A model generated the notes under the pieces. That model did not search any database, was not told the origin of the DNA, and saw nothing but the letters and a program-made list of their open reading frames with translations. Below, piece by piece: positions 40,043 through 53,428 of a stretch of 64,000 nucleotides of DNA. This DNA comes from an uncultured Chloroflexia bacterium (GTDB lineage: Bacteria; Chloroflexota; Anaerolineae; CG2-30-64-16), in the NCBI GenBank assembly GCA_963810095.1, contig CAWEMM010000012.1, forward strand, positions 608,001 to 672,000. The letters are read 5' to 3'. Position numbers and translations under genes: made by a program. The number at the start of each line of letters is the position of its first letter. The stretch's first letter is position 1.

Positions 40043-40942
40043 TCAAGGCGCCGGCGCAGCGGCGGGTACGATGTAAGTCACGGCGCAGGGCAACAGCTTG
40101 GCACTGACCGGTGCTGCCGGCAGCACCTCGCCGTCGACCTGCACCGGCTGGGGGGGCGTCGCCTCCACCCTGATCTCGCGCCCCGTATAGGTGTCGTACG
40201 GCGCGGCCTGCTCGTCTTGCCGCACAACCGATGCCGCCAGGGAGACCAGCGCGGGTAAGCTCTTGCTCTTGAAGACCAGCAGGTCCAACTGGTTGTCGGC
40301 CATGCTGACGCTTGGCGCAATGGTGACCCCTGGGATACCGAACTGCCCCGCGTTCAGGATCACTGCGCTGATACCCTCGGTCTCGAACGTCTCGCCGTCA
40401 ATCGTCACCCGGTAGACCACCGTCTCGGCGTTCCGCAGGGCCTGGATCGACGAAACGAAGTACGCCAGAACGCCCAGGCGGTCCTTCGCCTCCCGGTCGG
40501 CCGTGTCGGCAATCTCGCCCGGCACCCCAACCCCCACGCCGATCAGGAAGGCCTGTTCGTCCACCATCCCCACATCGACCTGCCGCAGCTCACAATCGTC
40601 ACACGTCAGCAGGGCGGCCGCAGCCGCCAGGTCCGTCGGGATGCCGAGCGCAAGGGCCAAGGCATTGGCCGTGCCGCCGGGCAACACGAGAATGGGCACG
40701 TTCGTTCCCAGCAGCCCCGTCGTCACTTCCCGCACGGTGCCGTCGCCGCCGTAAACCGCCACGACGTCTACTCCGGCCGCCGCAGCCTCCTTCGCCAGCC
40801 GGACGCCGTCGCCGGCCTCCTTCGTTACGAACATCTCCCAGTCGATGCCGTTGTCCTTGAAGACCGTGTTCAGCGTCTTGAGGATGGGTTTATCCTGGCC
40901 CGACGCAGGGTTGACGATCACGTGGACGCGCTTCACATTCAT
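40043..40942 (-). CDS. Diacylglycerol/lipid kinase family (YegS/BmrU)
   Basis: IVNPASG, GGDGT, LPGGTAN, QVDGE. Confidence 0.92.
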   Translation of the reverse strand: MNVKRVHVIVNPASGQDKPILKTLNTVFKDNGIDWEMFVTKEAGDGVRLAKEAAAAGVDVVAVYGGDGTVREVTTGLLGTNVPILVLPGGTANALALALGIPTDLAAAAALLTCDDCELRQVDVGMVDEQAFLIGVGVGVPGEIADTADREAKDRLGVLAYFVSSIQALRNAETVVYRVTIDGETFETEGISAVILNAGQFGIPGVTIAPSVSMADNQLDLLVFKSKSLPALVSLAASVVRQDEQAAPYDTYTGREIRVEATPPQPVQVDGEVLPAAPVSAKLLPCAVTYIVPAAAPAP

Positions 40943-41032
40943 GGTTCACTCCTACCTCAGCTCGATCGATACACTCAATGCACTCTACACCGGCAAGCAC
41001 CCTGCTCGCAGTGAGCGATGTGACGTTCTTTC

Positions 41033-41122
41033 GCCACGAATTACACGAATTTGACGCATGCAGCAAGGGCCCGAGGTCTCAGGCTGGTTCGTGCAATTCG
41101 TACGACTCGTGTAGTTCGTGGC
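41033..41122. repeat. Palindromic repeat, family A
   Basis: gccacgaattacacgaattt...ttcgtgcaattcgtacgactcgtgtagttcgtggc. Confidence 0.75.
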
Positions 41123-41131
41123 GGAACCGTC

Positions 41132-43990
<2,859 letters not shown>

Positions 43991-44009
43991 CGTTGCCCCC
44001 CAAATGCGC

Positions 44010-44038
44010 TTGACATTCGCGGCCGTCTCTCGTAGAAT
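44010..44038 (+). promoter_or_regulatory. Sigma70-type promoter upstream of the M6 protease gene
   Basis: TTGACA-17nt-TAGAAT. Confidence 0.7.
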
Positions 44039-44422
44039 GAAGTGTGAGAACGGTCACTAATCGGCAAGGCCCCAGCCTGTCCTGTTCCTCCGTTACGCAG
44101 TTCATGAGGCGCCGGCCCCAGGTTTTCCGCTCCGTGGGCGCACCGTTTGGCTTCGACCCGCTTCTCCACGTCGACGTGTTGCAAGCCCGGGTTATGTCTG
44201 ATTCCGCCGCCGTCCTCCGGTGAGGCACTCTCGGTCCGTCCGGCTGGAAAAGACATTCTCCGGCTCTGGCACTTGGGCGCTCCATGGCGCGACGCCCGGA
44301 AAGGAGTCGCTGCGAGCTGTGCTCGCCCTGTGAGGTGTCTCATCCATCCTCGGGCATCTCAGCAGACGCCGCCTGGGTAATCCCTTCCCCCTCATTGCCC
44401 CAACGCAAGGGAGCGACAGGTA

Positions 44423-47400
44423 ATGGACATGTCCCGTATTTCGCAAGGCACGCACGCGCGGTCCTTCCGGCGCTTGCTCAGTCTCGTCTTCATTTTGGCG
44501 CTGGTCCTCGCAAGCTTCGGCAGCGTGGCCGCCCAGCCCGCCGTTCAAGCCGAGCCGCCGGCCGTGCTCCCCGACCCGTACGACCTCTGGTCCGGCCAGA
44601 TCCTCGACTTCGTCCCGCCCACCACGAGCGGCATCAACCTCATCCAGCCCGACGGAACGTCCGTCGCAGCACGCCTTACCCCTGCCGAAACCGGCGCGCG
44701 TCTCGAGACGACGGCGGGCTACACCCTTCTCCAGGACGCCGAACATTGGTGGACCTACGCCACCACCGACGCGAACGGCGCTCTCGTTGCGTCCGGCCTG
44801 CGCGCCGGCATCGATGCGCCCGAAGGGCTTGCTCAGAAGCTCGGCCAGACCGAGTCGATCTGGCTGGACGCGGAGGGCAACGACACCCGTACGCCCGTGT
44901 TCGAGGCCGTCAAGGAGGCCCAGTCGCCCAACGCGTCTGCGTTTACCCAGGGGGACCTCGCCGTCAAGCATTACAAGTACCTGATGATCCTGGCCGAGTT
45001 CCAGGATGTGAAGCTTCAACCCGGGTCCACGCCTCAGTTTATCCAGGACCAGATTTCCGGCCTCGGCACCAGCCCCACCGGCACGGTAACTGACCTCTAC
45101 TACGAAATGTCCTACGGCCAGTTCGAGCCGGAGTTCGACGTCATCGGCCCGCTGACCTTGCCCTACGACATGGTCAAATACGATTACCAACTTCCCGGCG
45201 GGCGCAGCGTCACCAGCATGATCACCGACCTCGGCCCCCAACTCCAGGCGATGGGTATCGACTGGGAACAGTACGACAACGATAAGGTTGTCTACACCTC
45301 GGGCGGCGTGCAGTACCGCTCGGTCGACATGACCGTCGTGCTCCATGCCGGCCCCGGCAAGGAGGCCACCGGCCAGGACGGCCAGGTGTGGTCGCACGCG
45401 TCGACAGCCAATTACCGCACCGGCTTCTACGGCGCGGACGGCAAGGAAATCCGCATCCGCGGCTGCAACACCGTGCCCGAGATCGGCTTCAACATCGGCG
45501 TCGTCGCGCACGAGATGGGCCACACTATTGGCGAGTCCGATTACTACGACACCAGCTACCGCTCCATGGGCACCGGCGACTGGGATCTCATGGCCGGCGG
45601 CTCCTGGATGGGCAACACGCCCGCCGGGTCCAACCCCTCGGTCATGAACCCGCTGAGCCGCATCAACCAGGGCTGGCTGCAGCCGGAGGTCGTTACGGCC
45701 ACCCGCCTGGGCGTCGAGCTCAAGCCCCGCACGGTGGCGGGCAACGTGATCAAGATCCCGCTCGGCGGCACGGCCACCAGCGGCTCGACCAACGTGCAGG
45801 AGGACCTCTACGTCGAAATGGTCTCCAACCGCGTTGCGGGGACGATCTTCGACAAGGCCGAGTACGGCACGGGCCTGCTGATCTGGCACTACGACCGAGG
45901 CGGCAGCCAGACGAAGCCGAGCAGTGCGCCGGCGCGCTACCGCATGGGCGTGCTCGAGTACGACTTCCGTGACGGCACGCAGGAACTGCCCACGAACCAG
46001 AACCGCGGCGAGCCGACCGATCCGTGGTCAGACACCGCCCTCGGCATCACCCCGTATACGGCCCCGAACACCAGTCGCAACACGCCGCTCGTGGCCGGCG
46101 GTGCCAAGGAAACGGGTTGGTACCTGATGAACATCTCGCCGGTGGGCGACACGATGACGTTCGACATCGTGCAGCAGGCCGACGTGCAAGCAAAGGTCGG
46201 CGTGGACCGGCCGAGCCTGGTCAGCCAGCCCGCCATCCTGGGCGCGGCGCCGTGCAGATCAGCACGAAGGTCTACAACCTGACGGCCGCGCCGCTGGCCG
46301 ACGTAAGCGTCGAGTTCTGGGCGACGATGGGCGCCGACAAGGTGAAGCTGGCCGAGACCGTGCTGGCGACGCTGGCGCCCGGTGCGCCGGCGGTGGCCAC
46401 TGCGACGTGGGACGCGCCGGTGGCGGGCAAGCTCAACATCGAGGCCGTCGTCACCGCAGGCGACGCATCGGCGAGTGCGCCGGGCGTCGTGCGGGTGTTT
46501 GCCCGCAATGCGCCGGTGCTGCTCGTGGACGACGACGACGGCTACACGGCGGAAGAGGCATTCGAGGGCGCACTGGTGTCGCTCGGCGTTCCCTACGTGG
46601 TCGTCGAGAAGACCGCACCGCTCGCCCTGATGCAGCAGTACGACCTGGTGGTCTGGTCGGCCGGCCAGGCGGGCCGCCTCGAGGGTCAGCTCAACAAGAC
46701 CGAGATCGCGGACCTGAAGGCGCTGCTCAATGCCGGCGGCAAGGTGTGGTTCTCGAGCCCACGGCTGGCCGGCGCGCTGGACGCCAGCTCGCCCGGTCCG
46801 GTGGACGCGGCCTTCCTGAACGACTATCTGGGCGCGACGTACCCGATGTCGAACCAGGCGGGCGGCGGCTTGATTACCGGCACCGGCCAGTACATCGGCG
46901 GCACCGGCTCCTACCAGTTGCGCGCGTTCCCCGGCCGCTCGATCGAGGACTTCCTCGATCCGGCCGTGAGCCCCATCGCCTCGAGCACGATGCTCTTTAC
47001 CTGGGATGCGGGGCATCACCTGGGCACCGAGGTAATCGGGGATGCAGCCCACAACAACTTCCACGTCGTCTACTTCGGCTTCAATATGTCGCAGGTGGTT
47101 GCGCCCGAGGACCGCATGCTGCTGACTCAGCAGGTGCTGGACCGCATGGGCATCGCTAATGCGTACTTCGAGAAGACGACCTACTTTGTACCTACGACCG
47201 GCTCGGTCCGCCTGCTCGTGCACGACATGGTGACCCCGCTGACGCAGGTGCGGGTGACCAGCCAGGCCCAGCCGGGCGGCGTGTTGGTTAATGTCCGGCC
47301 GACCGCATACCCCGGCACCTACACCGGCGTGTTGACCGTGCGTGTGAACGGCATGACGCGCGGCACCCTGAAGGTGAACCCGGTCGACGAGATTCGGGTC

Positions 47401-47796
47401 ACGTACGTGGACGCGGCGGGTGGCGAAATCTGGGGCACGGCGGCCACGGTGCAGCGCCCGGCCGACGAGCTGCCCGCGACCATCTACCACGACGTGATCG
47501 ACAACGCGTTCGATGCGAAGGCGCTGCCGGTCATGGTCATCGCGACCGACGACATCCGCGTCGAAAACGTGGTCCTGTACTACCGCTACGCGGGAACGGG
47601 CGCATGGCAGAAGGCCCCGATGGGGGAAACCTACCGCTTCGCGTTCACGGCGACCATCCCGGCGTCCTCCGTGACGCCGGCGGGCGTGGAGTACTACGTC
47701 ACTGCCACCGACATCCGCGGCCACGTCACCAGCGTGGGCTCGGCCGCCGCACCGAAATTCGTCGTCGTCCAGCCCCGCACCGTCGGGCTGGAGTAG
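44423..47796 (+). CDS. Secreted M6-family (immune inhibitor A-like) metalloprotease with C-terminal Ig-like domains (frameshift near 46250)
   Basis: Signal peptide, VLHAGPG, VWSH, VVAHEMGH zinc motif, WDLMAGGSW, GLLIWH. Confidence 0.88.
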
Positions 47797-47807
47797 GACG
47801 CGACTGG

Positions 47808-47904
47808 GAATGGAACACAGATTGGATTGATTGAACTGATTTGCCTGATGTTCTCCTATAAGATCAGGTAAATCGGCCAGATCAGTCCAATCAGCGTCCC
47901 ATTC
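47808..47904. repeat. Palindromic repeat, family B
   Basis: gaatggaacacagattggattgattgaactgat...atcagtccaatcagcgtcccattc. Confidence 0.75.
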
Positions 47905-49348
47905 TTACCGTACTAATGTAAACGCAAACGCGCCGGCGTGGGCCGACGTTTTGGACTGGAGCCCGGACTGGGCGACGCTGCGGACGCCGTAGAAGACGGG
48001 CGCACCGGGCGCGGCCAGGACTCCATCCAGCACGTTGGTCCCGCCGGTCGTGGTCACCGGCACCGCACCGGCATCCCAGGGCCGGAAGTACGGCTGGGTG
48101 CCCCGCCACACCTGGTAACTCGCCACCGCCACCGTCTCGCCTCCCTCGTCCTTCGTCACCGCGCCCCAGCTCAGGCGGTTTCCACCCGCCTCCAGCCCGA
48201 TAGTCACGGTGGGACTTTGCGGCAGCCTCGGCGTCCGCGAGCACGTTGCGGTTCTGGTCCACCGCCCACATCCGGCCCTGGATGGCAGCCATGCCCCATG
48301 GCAGCGACGGGGTTGCGCCCACCTTTGGCAGCGCATAGCGTATGACCCCGGCCTGCCCCGTTCCCGCAGTCCATGTCACGGCGCCGAAACTCAGCGTCCC
48401 CGTCTGCACGGTCACGCCGGCCTGCACCGTGCCCGCACCGAGCGTTGGGCAGGTGCCTGGCGCGACGTTCGAGGTCGATACGCCGAGCGTTTGGCTGGAG
48501 CCGCCCGCCAGCGCAGGGTCGACGAAGCCGGCGTACCCCCCGCCATCCGTGTACCACATGACCTCGGTTCCCGCGGCGAGCATGACCGGCTGCGAGCCTG
48601 CGGGCAAGGTTACGATGACGGCCTGGTTGGCGGCCGGCGTCAATCGTCCGATAATGCCTGCGCCAGAGTCGGCCCACCACACCCGGCCGTCGGAGTCCAG
48701 CGCCAGCCCTTCCGGCGTCTGCCAGCCGGCCGGCAGCGTCCACGCCGACAGTTGGTTGTTCGACGCGTCGAAGCGCAGCAGGCGGCCGGTCTGTTGGTCG
48801 GTCAGCCACAGCTGATTGCCCCGGCTGATCAAGTAGTTGCCCCCGCCGCCGACCGTGAACGGGCACAGGCTGCGGTCGGAGGGGGTGAAACGGATCAGCT
48901 GCGTCTTATTGGGCTGGCTGAACCAGATGCGCCCGGACCCGTCGAAGGCAAAGCCGCCGGGATTAAGGCCCTTGGACGCGAGATCCCAGTACTCAGCCTG
49001 AAGCGGCCCGAACGTCAGCTTGCCGAAGGCCGTGCCGAAGTCGCTCCACCACACCTCGCCGGCCGGTCCGGGTTTGGCATCGCCCGGTTGGATGAGAAAG
49101 CCCGCGCCGGTGGAGAATACGTAGCGCGAGTACTGTCCGCCGGCCGCGTCGACTTTGAGGATCGCCGGCGCGGTGTAATCGCTGGCGTAGAGGTAACCGG
49201 ACGAGTCCGGGTTAAGCTCGACGAGCGAGCTGCCGCTGATTCCGGCGGCGGCTTCTCCCACCGTAATGTCGGCTTGCACCGGCGGGTGGGAGAGCAGCAC
49301 CAGCCCGACTGCACAGAGAAACGCGAGTAGATGACGAAGCGAGTGCAT
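47905..49348 (-). CDS. Secreted Vgb/NHL-like beta-propeller protein (frameshift near 48240)
   Basis: Signal peptide; repeated P.G.A.D..GR.W blades. Confidence 0.7.
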
Positions 49349-49512
49349 GAGTGGCTCCTGGCAGAGAATAGGCTCGCGAAGGTTACACGGCGAGAGCGTG
49401 GCGACCGAAGATGTGGGTCCGATGATACCCTGTTCTCGGGTTGGGGTCAACGGCGCGCCGGCGGTGGATTGCGGGCAGGTGTGGCGGAATGCACACACGG
49501 CTGCGCGACGTA

Positions 49513-49541
49513 TTGAAGAACTGCGCCAAGTGTGGTAGACT
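49513..49541 (+). promoter_or_regulatory. tRNA promoter
   Basis: TTGAAG-17nt-TAGACT with extended TG. Confidence 0.6.
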
Positions 49542-49556
49542 CACTTCTGAAGTGAA

Positions 49557-49929
49557 GGGCCCCTAGCTCAGCGGTTAGAGCGGCCGGCTCGTGACGGACA
49601 AGTCTATCCGTCAAGGGCTGCCCGGCGGGTAACTGCCGGGTGACACCCTGCCAAATTCGGGGAAGCCTACGCCACAGACGGCATGGTAATCCCGAGCCAA
49701 GCCCCGCGTAAGCGGGGAAGGTGTAGAGACTAGACGGCGGGCGCCCGACGGGGGAGCAGCATGCTCGACCTGCGAAGGTCGGTCCCCACAGGGTGAAGGG
49801 ATAGTCCAGCCCACAAACCCGTCTCCGGTGCAGACTGGCGCAGCCGGTGTGGCCGGGGGTCGCGGGGCGGCGAAAGCCGCAGTGGGAGGCATAACCGGTT
49901 GGTCCTCGGTTCGAATCCGGGGGGGCCCA
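49557..49929 (+). tRNA. tRNA-Ile2(CAT), exons 49557-49589 and 49890-49929, interrupted by an intron; CCA not encoded
   Basis: Spliced sequence GGGCCCC-TA-GCTCAGCGGTTAGAGC-G-GCCGG-CTCATAA-CCGGT-TGGTC-CTCGGTTCGAATCCGGG-GGGGCCC-A forms a full cloverleaf; C4-G69 and C5-G68 favour Ile2 over Met. Confidence 0.88.
49590..49889 (+). ncRNA. Group I self-splicing intron (300 nt, no homing endonuclease ORF seen)
   Basis: Core P/Q/R/S elements AAATTCGGGGAA, AATCCCGAGCC, GTAGAGACTAGACGG and AAGGGATAGTCC; exon U pairs with guide-sequence G; terminal G. Confidence 0.92.
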
Positions 49930-49952
49930 CTTCTTTGAGGTTCTACGTGCGG

Positions 49953-49989
49953 AGCGAGCGGCTTCTTGATAACCAGGAAGCCGCTCGCT
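49953..49989. terminator. Hairpin between the convergent tRNA and small ORF
   Basis: agcgagcggcttcttg / caggaagccgctcgct stem. Confidence 0.6.
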
Positions 49990-50016
49990 GACATTTAAGA
50001 CACTAGCCGTCGACCG

Positions 50017-50331
50017 TCAGTTGCCCGCCTGACGATCCTTGAAGGCGGCGTAGGCGCTCGGCCGGGTGATGACCAGCGACGCGACCTTGATCGAGGTCCG
50101 GCAACTCGCCTGGGCGGCCGGCTCGTCGCCCAACAGCCGTGCTGTCTGCGCATCCTTGAAGGCGACATAGCGTTGGGACGCGGGAGCCGACAGATGTGAC
50201 GGGGCCCGGCTGGCGGCCACACACGCGCCTGCATTTGAAGCCGGGGCGGCGCTCGCCACCCCGGTCACGAGGGTCAGCACCAACATCGCGACGGAAACGA
50301 TCGATCCGGTGAACAAACGGCTGCGCTTCAT
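50017..50331 (-). CDS. Small secreted hypothetical protein with duplicated YxAFKDxQ motif
   Basis: Ribosome-binding site ggagggga, signal peptide ending ASA, two motif copies. Confidence 0.65.
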   Translation of the reverse strand: MKRSRLFTGSIVSVAMLVLTLVTGVASAAPASNAGACVAASRAPSHLSAPASQRYVAFKDAQTARLLGDEPAAQASCRTSIKVASLVITRPSAYAAFKDRQAGN

Positions 50332-50469
50332 CTTGTTTCTCCCCTCCGACTGTCTGGGTGGTCTGGTCGTCCAACCCGACTACGGCTGCATCATAGCAGG
50401 GAGGACTCACGCAGTCATTGGGGGAAACACCTAGATTATTGTCCTTGGGGTACGCAAACTTTCCGGACG

Positions 50470-53171
50470 TTAGCTCGCCCCCATCTGGATCAGCCCCCTG
50501 GCGATGGCCCAAGTCGCAATTTGCGTCCGGGAGGTGAGCTCCAGCTTGGAGAGGATGTTGCCGATGTGGGCCTCGACTGTCCGCTCGCTGACTACAAGGA
50601 CCTCCGCAATGCGGCGGTTGGACTTGCCCTGCGCCACCAGCGCGGCCACCTCGCGCTCACGGGCGGTCAGGCCGCCCCATTGCGCCTTAGGCGTGCGGGG
50701 CGGCGCCGGTGCTCGGGCTCCAGCGGGAGGCTTTGGGCCCCGGCTGGCCCCCGGCTGCGGCTCATCCGGCATGGCTGCGATGGCATCGAGGGGCTCCTGG
50801 GCGCGCCCCAAAGCCCACTCCGCAGCGAGTGTGGCCGGATCGAGCGCCGCATTCACCGCCTTGAGCGCGCGCTCGTAGTCTGGCAGGTAGATCCATGCCC
50901 GTTGGACGCCCGTTCTCTCCAGCCTGGCTTCGGCGACCCCCATTAGCTGAGCGGCCCGCCTCGGTTCGCCTCGGATGCAGCTCATTTCTGCCAGTCCCGT
51001 GAGACAGGCGACGACACCTGGGTTGTCATCCAGGTCGGAATACTCCCTCGCTGCGCGACCGAACAGCCTGGCGGCCTCCTGAGTCTCGCCGCGCGCCAGG
51101 GCCAAACACCCAGCCTCGGCCATCTGATTGGTCGTTCGCTGGCCGATCTTGCCGAACAGGGCGATTGCTTCGTCCTGGTAGGCTTGCGCGTGGTTCAGAT
51201 CGCCTTCGAGCCTCATCACGTGGCCGAGCTCAGCTCGTGTGAAGGCAATCCCCGGCGAGAAACCAAGCTTCTCGTCAGCGGCAAGAGCCTCCTCATATAG
51301 TCGCCGCGCCAAGGCATAATCGCGTTCGCAAAAGGCAACCCGCGCAGCCGTGGCGAGTATCCGGGCCGCGCCCCAAATATCGCCCTTCGTCCGAAATATC
51401 GCCAGGCCCTGGTCAAGCAAACTGCGAGCCGTGCCCCAATCCTCGTTCATCATCGCGGTCGTGCCTAACTCCCGCAGCACGTACGCGACGCCGAGCAGAT
51501 TGTCGGTCTGACGGCACAGCGCAAGGCTCTCCTCCAGCAACGGTCGCGCTGCGCCGCCGTAGCCGTATGAAGACTGCATGTTGCCCGCAAGGCGCAAAGA
51601 CTCGGCCAGCACCGACCGGCTCTCTAATCCCAGGGCTCGACCGATCGAGATGCTCTCATTGCAAGCGGCCCATGCCCGAGCCATATCGTCGAACATCCAG
51701 GCAAACCTGGCCTCGTTCGCCAGCGCGCACGCGTGTTCCGGACTGGGCTTCTGAGCGAGGGACAGCCCGAGCACCTTCTGCAACCACATGCGACCCTCAT
51801 TGAGATGGCTGCGAATGCGCCAGAAGGGTTCGAGAAGATTGACCAGTCGCAAGGCATCGTGTGCAGCACGGGCGCCAATCGCTTCGTCAGTGGCGCCCTC
51901 GGCCTGGCCGATCACCCAACTTAACGCCTCTCGGAAGTTGTCATGCTCCGCGTCCAGCCGGTCGAGCCAGCCGATTGCGTTGACCCCGTGCAGCTCCGGC
52001 TCAGCCTGCTCGGCCACCCGCAGATAGAAGGCAACATGGCGGTTATACAGGCTTCCTGCCTCACCGGCTTCGCGGAGGCGTTCGCCCGCATACTGCCGGA
52101 TCGTTTCGAGCAGGAGATAGCGGGTCTCCTGGCTGCGTTGATGAACAACGCTCAAGACCACCGATTTATCCACCAGGCGCGAAACGAGGTCCAGGATCGC
52201 GCTTCCGCTGAGTGAGTCGTCACCACAGACGGCTTCGACGGCTGCCAGGTTGCTGCCGCCGGCGAAAACCGCAAGTCGGCGGAAGAGGATCTGCTCGCCC
52301 GCCGAGAGCAGCGCGTGACTCCAGTCGATTACTGACGCGAGCGTCTGGTGTCGGGCGGCGCGCTGCGCAGGTTCGTGCGAAGGAGACCGAGACTGTCAGC
52401 TAATCGGCCGGCCATTTGCTCGGCCGTCAGCACGCCAACCCGCGCAGCAGCCAGCTCGATGGCGAGCGGCATGCCGTCCAGGTGCCGGCAGATCTGCGCG
52501 ATCGGCTGCGCGTTGCCGGGCTGCAGCGCAAAACCGGGGGCTGCGGCCTGAGCCCGCTCGACAAACAAACGCACCGCCTCGGACTGCGCGACGTCGGCCA
52601 TGTCCGCAGCAGCGGACACGTCTGCAGCAGGCGACTCGACCGGGGGCAGCGAGAGCGACGGCACGCGCCAGGCGACTTCACCCGGAACGCCGAGAGGCTC
52701 GCGACTGGTCGCCACGATCCGCAGGTCCAGGCAGCACCGGTGGAGCAGTTGTTCGACCAACTGCGCGCAAGCGGCGACAAGATGTTCGCAGTTGTCAAGG
52801 ACCAGCAGGAGATCGCGCCCTTCCAGGAAGGCGACAAGGGTATCGATCAGCGAGCCGGTTCGGTCAACGATACCCAGAGCTTCCGCGACCACCGCGGGCA
52901 CGAGCGCTTCGTCTGTGAGGGGGGCAAGCTCGACCACCCACGTCCCGTCTTCGAACTCGGGGAGGACCCGCCGAGCGAGTTCGAGCGCGAGTCGCGTCTT
53001 GCCTGCGCCACCGGAGCCGGTCAGCGTCACCAGGCGGCTCGTTAGCACGAGGGGTTCAAGCTGCGCGAGTTCACGCTCGCGGCCGACGAGGCTCGTTAGC
53101 GCGAGCGGCAGGTTGGTCGGGGTATGGGGCAATACGAACGTTGTTTGTGCGTTGGTTGTGACTTGGCGCAT
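50470..53171 (-). CDS. NB-ARC/STAND ATPase-TPR-LuxR transcriptional regulator (frameshift near 52330)
   Basis: LVGRERE, GSGGAGKTRL, LVLDNCEHL, LDGMPLAIELAA, TPR repeats, LTAREREVAALVAQGKSN helix-turn-helix. Confidence 0.9.
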
Positions 53172-53268
53172 GGTGACGATTATGACTCAAAAGGACGCCT
53201 TGTCAAGTAGTAGCGCAAGTTGCCCGCTTGCGCACGCGCCCTAACACCTGCGATCCAGGAGCCGGCCT

Positions 53269-53303
53269 GGTTGGTCCTCGCTTCGAATCCACGGGGCCCA
53301 CTT
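53269..53303 (+). repeat. Degenerate duplicate of the tRNA 3' end (att-like site)
   Basis: ggttggtcctcgcttcgaatccacggggcccactt versus ggttggtcctcggttcgaatccgggggggcccactt at 49897-49932. Confidence 0.8.
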
Positions 53304-53428
53304 TTCTACCGCCGCAACGCCTCGCGCAATTCGTATCGCTCCGCCGGCACTTTCTGCCCTGTCCCTGTCGTTAATAACGTAGTTGTGGGTGGTGATGTTA
53401 TCGCTAGCGTGAAGTGGAGTGTAGAGGC

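Noticed and set aside
49611-49994. ORFs overlapping the intron as a homing endonuclease
   Set aside because: They are antisense, short, and lack LAGLIDADG, HNH or GIY-YIG motifs.
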